Origin: an uncultured Gemmatimonadales bacterium
GTDB taxonomy: Bacteria > Gemmatimonadota > Gemmatimonadetes > Longimicrobiales > RSA9
Reading direction: 5' to 3'
DNA length: 64,000 nt
Assembly (NCBI GenBank): GCA_963816355.1
Contig: CAWFKH010000004.1
Span: 1 to 64,000 of the forward strand
Part shown: positions 61,900 through 64,000 of the stretch, one piece after another
Position numbering within the stretch: position 1 is the stretch's first letter
How the letters are laid out: every line of letters begins with the position of its first letter
The notes under the pieces: model-generated
The model's database searches: none
Seen by the model: only the letters and a program-made list of their open reading frames with translations
What the model was told of the DNA's origin: nothing
Translations under genes and position numbers: made by a program

Positions 61900-63308
61900 A
61901 GCGCCTCGACGCGCAGCATGTTGGTGGTTCCCCGCACGTGGAACGGGTAGCCCGCGGTGACGACGACGCGGTCGCCGCGCACGGCGAGAGAGCCCTCGAT
62001 GAGGTAGCGCCGCGCGGCGTCGAGCATGGCGCCGTAGGTGATCTCCTCCGTCCACAGCACCGGCTGCACGCCCCATGCGAGCGCGAGCTGGCGGTACGTC
62101 GCCTCGAGGTCGCACACGGCGATGATCGGCACCGGCGCGCGGTAGCTCGAGACGAGCCGCGCGGTGAAGCCGGTGGTCGTGAAGGTCACGATCGCCGGCG
62201 CGCCGAGCAGCCGCACCGCCTCGACCGTCGCCGCGGCGATCGCGTGCTCGGTCGGCGTGGCGCCCGCGCGCAGGTTGCCGAGGATCGGGATGTCGTACTT
62301 CGGCCCCGCCTCGTACGCGTTCGACGCCTCGATCTCGCCGCCGATGCGCGCCATCGCCTCGACCGCGAGCACGGGGAAGCGGCCGATCGCCGTCTCCTGC
62401 GACAGCATGACGGCGTCGGTGCCGTCGAAGAGGGCGTTGGCGACGTCGCTCGCCTCGGCCCGCGTCGGCCGCGGATTGCTCACCATCGACTCGAGCATCT
62501 GCGTCGCCGTGATGACCGGCCGGCCGTACAGGTTGGCGAGCTGGATGATGCGCTTCTGCGCGATCGGCACCTGCTCGAAGGGCAGCTCCACGCCCAGGTC
62601 CCCGCGCGCCACCATCACCGCGTCCGTCGCCGCCAGGATCGACTCGATGTTGTCGACCGCGACGTCCTTCTCGATCTTCGCGACGATCAGTGGCCCCTCC
62701 GGGATGCGGCGGCGCAGCCCCGTCACGTCCTCCGCCCGCTGCACGAAGGAGAGGCCGATGTAGTCGACCTCCTGCTCGACCGCGAAACGCAGGTCCTCGA
62801 GGTCCTTCTCCGTCAGCGACGGCGCGCTCACGCTCGCGCCCGGCAGGTTCATCCCCTTGTGCGCGTGCAGCACGCCGCCGCGGCGCACCCGGCAGCGCAC
62901 ACGCGGCGGCTCGACCGCCTCCACGCGCAGCTCCATCAGGCCGTCGTCGAGCAGGATGCGGCCGCCCACGCCGACGTCCATGGCGAGGTCGGCGTACGTC
63001 GCGGGCAGCTCGGGCGGACGGGCCATCGACTCCGGCGCGATCACGACGACGGCGTCGTCCTCGAGGTGGTACGGCTCCGCCAGGTCCCCGATGCGGATCT
63101 TCGGCCCCGCCAGGTCGGCGAGCACCGCGATCGGCTTCGCCAGCTCGGCGGCGGTCTCGCGCGCCCAGCGGATCGAGCGCGCGTGCTCCTCGTGCGTGCC
63201 GTGCGCGAAGTTGATGCGGAAGACATCGACCCCGGCCCGCGCCAGAGCGAGAAGCGTCTCCGGCGCCGCGGTGGCGGGTCCGATGGTCGCGACGATCTTG
63301 GTGCGCAA
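61896..63308 (-). CDS. pyk: Pyruvate kinase
   Basis: RTKIVATIGPA, DLAGPKIR, AKIEK, MVARGDLGVE, ATQMLESM, PTRAEASD. Confidence 0.97.
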   Translation of the reverse strand: MRTKIVATIGPATAAPETLLALARAGVDVFRINFAHGTHEEHARSIRWARETAAELAKPIAVLADLAGPKIRIGDLAEPYHLEDDAVVVIAPESMARPPELPATYADLAMDVGVGGRILLDDGLMELRVEAVEPPRVRCRVRRGGVLHAHKGMNLPGASVSAPSLTEKDLEDLRFAVEQEVDYIGLSFVQRAEDVTGLRRRIPEGPLIVAKIEKDVAVDNIESILAATDAVMVARGDLGVELPFEQVPIAQKRIIQLANLYGRPVITATQMLESMVSNPRPTRAEASDVANALFDGTDAVMLSQETAIGRFPVLAVEAMARIGGEIEASNAYEAGPKYDIPILGNLRAGATPTEHAIAAATVEAVRLLGAPAIVTFTTTGFTARLVSSYRAPVPIIAVCDLEATYRQLALAWGVQPVLWTEEITYGAMLDAARRYLIEGSLAVRGDRVVVTAGYPFHVRGTTNMLRVEAL

Positions 63309-63736
63309 TGCGATCTCCTTCCGACGCCGCCGCGCGAATTTCGCGGCGAATCGTTATCCTTTCCGGGCGCGTCGCCGCGCGGTGCCGTGCCGCGGGGGCG
63401 CAGGCGACGCCGCAATCGTGCCGCACGGGGCCGCGCCGCACCGCCCGGCCGGCACAACTCGCCTCGTTGCATGATAGCGAATAACTTCGCCGTTGCGGGC
63501 GCCCATCCGTCGATCAGGAGGTTCGTGGTCTTGTCTTCGCGCGCGACGATCGTGTCGGTCGCTGCTCCGGCTCCGCCCGGCGCGGGCGGCGCATCCGTGA
63601 TGCGGGGCGGGCGCGGCGGGCGCGGATCGAGGGGGGCGCGGCTCGGAGCCTCCAGCGTGGCGGACGCCGCGAATCCTAGGAGCGACGACGCGGGCGCGCA
63701 AACGCCCCGGCAAAGCTCTTGCACCGCGCGATTGTC

Positions 63737-64000
63737 GTGAAATTCGTCCAGGAGGCGGAAACGCTGGTGGCGCTGGGGCGGCGGCTGCGCGGCGCGGCCC
63801 TGATCGGCGCCGACACCGAAGCGGCGGGCTTTCACCGCTATCACGACCGGATCTGCCTGCTGCAGGTGTCGACGCGCGAGGAGACGTACGTGATCGACAC
63901 GCTCGCCCTGGCACGGCCGGGCGGCGAGGCCGCGACCGGCGCCGCGGCGCTGGACGGCATCGGCGCGGTGCTCGGCGACGCGGAAACCGAAGTGATCTTC
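63737..64000 (+). CDS. rnd: Ribonuclease D, 5' part (runs off window)
   Basis: Manual translation from GTG 63737: MKFVQ...LIGADTEAAGFHRYHDRICLLQVSTREETYVIDTLA (DEDD exonuclease motif I). Confidence 0.88.
   Translation, partial: MKFVQEAETLVALGRRLRGAALIGADTEAAGFHRYHDRICLLQVSTREETYVIDTLALARPGGEAATGAAALDGIGAVLGDAETEVIF

Overview
Very GC-rich bacterial window; gene content and order suggest Gemmatimonadota, which is an inference. Left to right: (1) a PhcB-like SAM methyltransferase running off the window start and a six-gene hydroxyproline catabolism operon (1-7345, minus); (2) a complete type I-G (I-U) CRISPR-Cas locus with an array of about 69 36-bp repeats, cas2, cas4/cas1, csb2, csb1 (cas7), csx17 (cas8) and cas3. 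An AbiEii/MenT-like nucleotidyltransferase gene is inserted between cas3 and cas8 with ATGA overlaps on both sides, and Cas8 carries an extra ~60-aa N-terminal module resembling that enzyme's small partner. This is the best candidate for an undescribed system; (3) a VPS10/BNR beta-propeller protein; (4) an ~18-kb minus-strand operon joining 2-oxoacid:ferredoxin oxidoreductases, a degenerate PFOR-beta paralogue, the Rnf complex, two small Cys-rich proteins, ApbE and a PAS hybrid kinase; (5) a 13-bp tandem repeat, a HipA-like kinase/DUF3037 pair and an ABC permease; (6) housekeeping genes from tRNA-Thr and cysS to pyk and the start of rnd. Four apparent single-base deletions break three otherwise intact genes and probably reflect assembly errors. 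All family assignments come from motifs read by eye; no searches were run.
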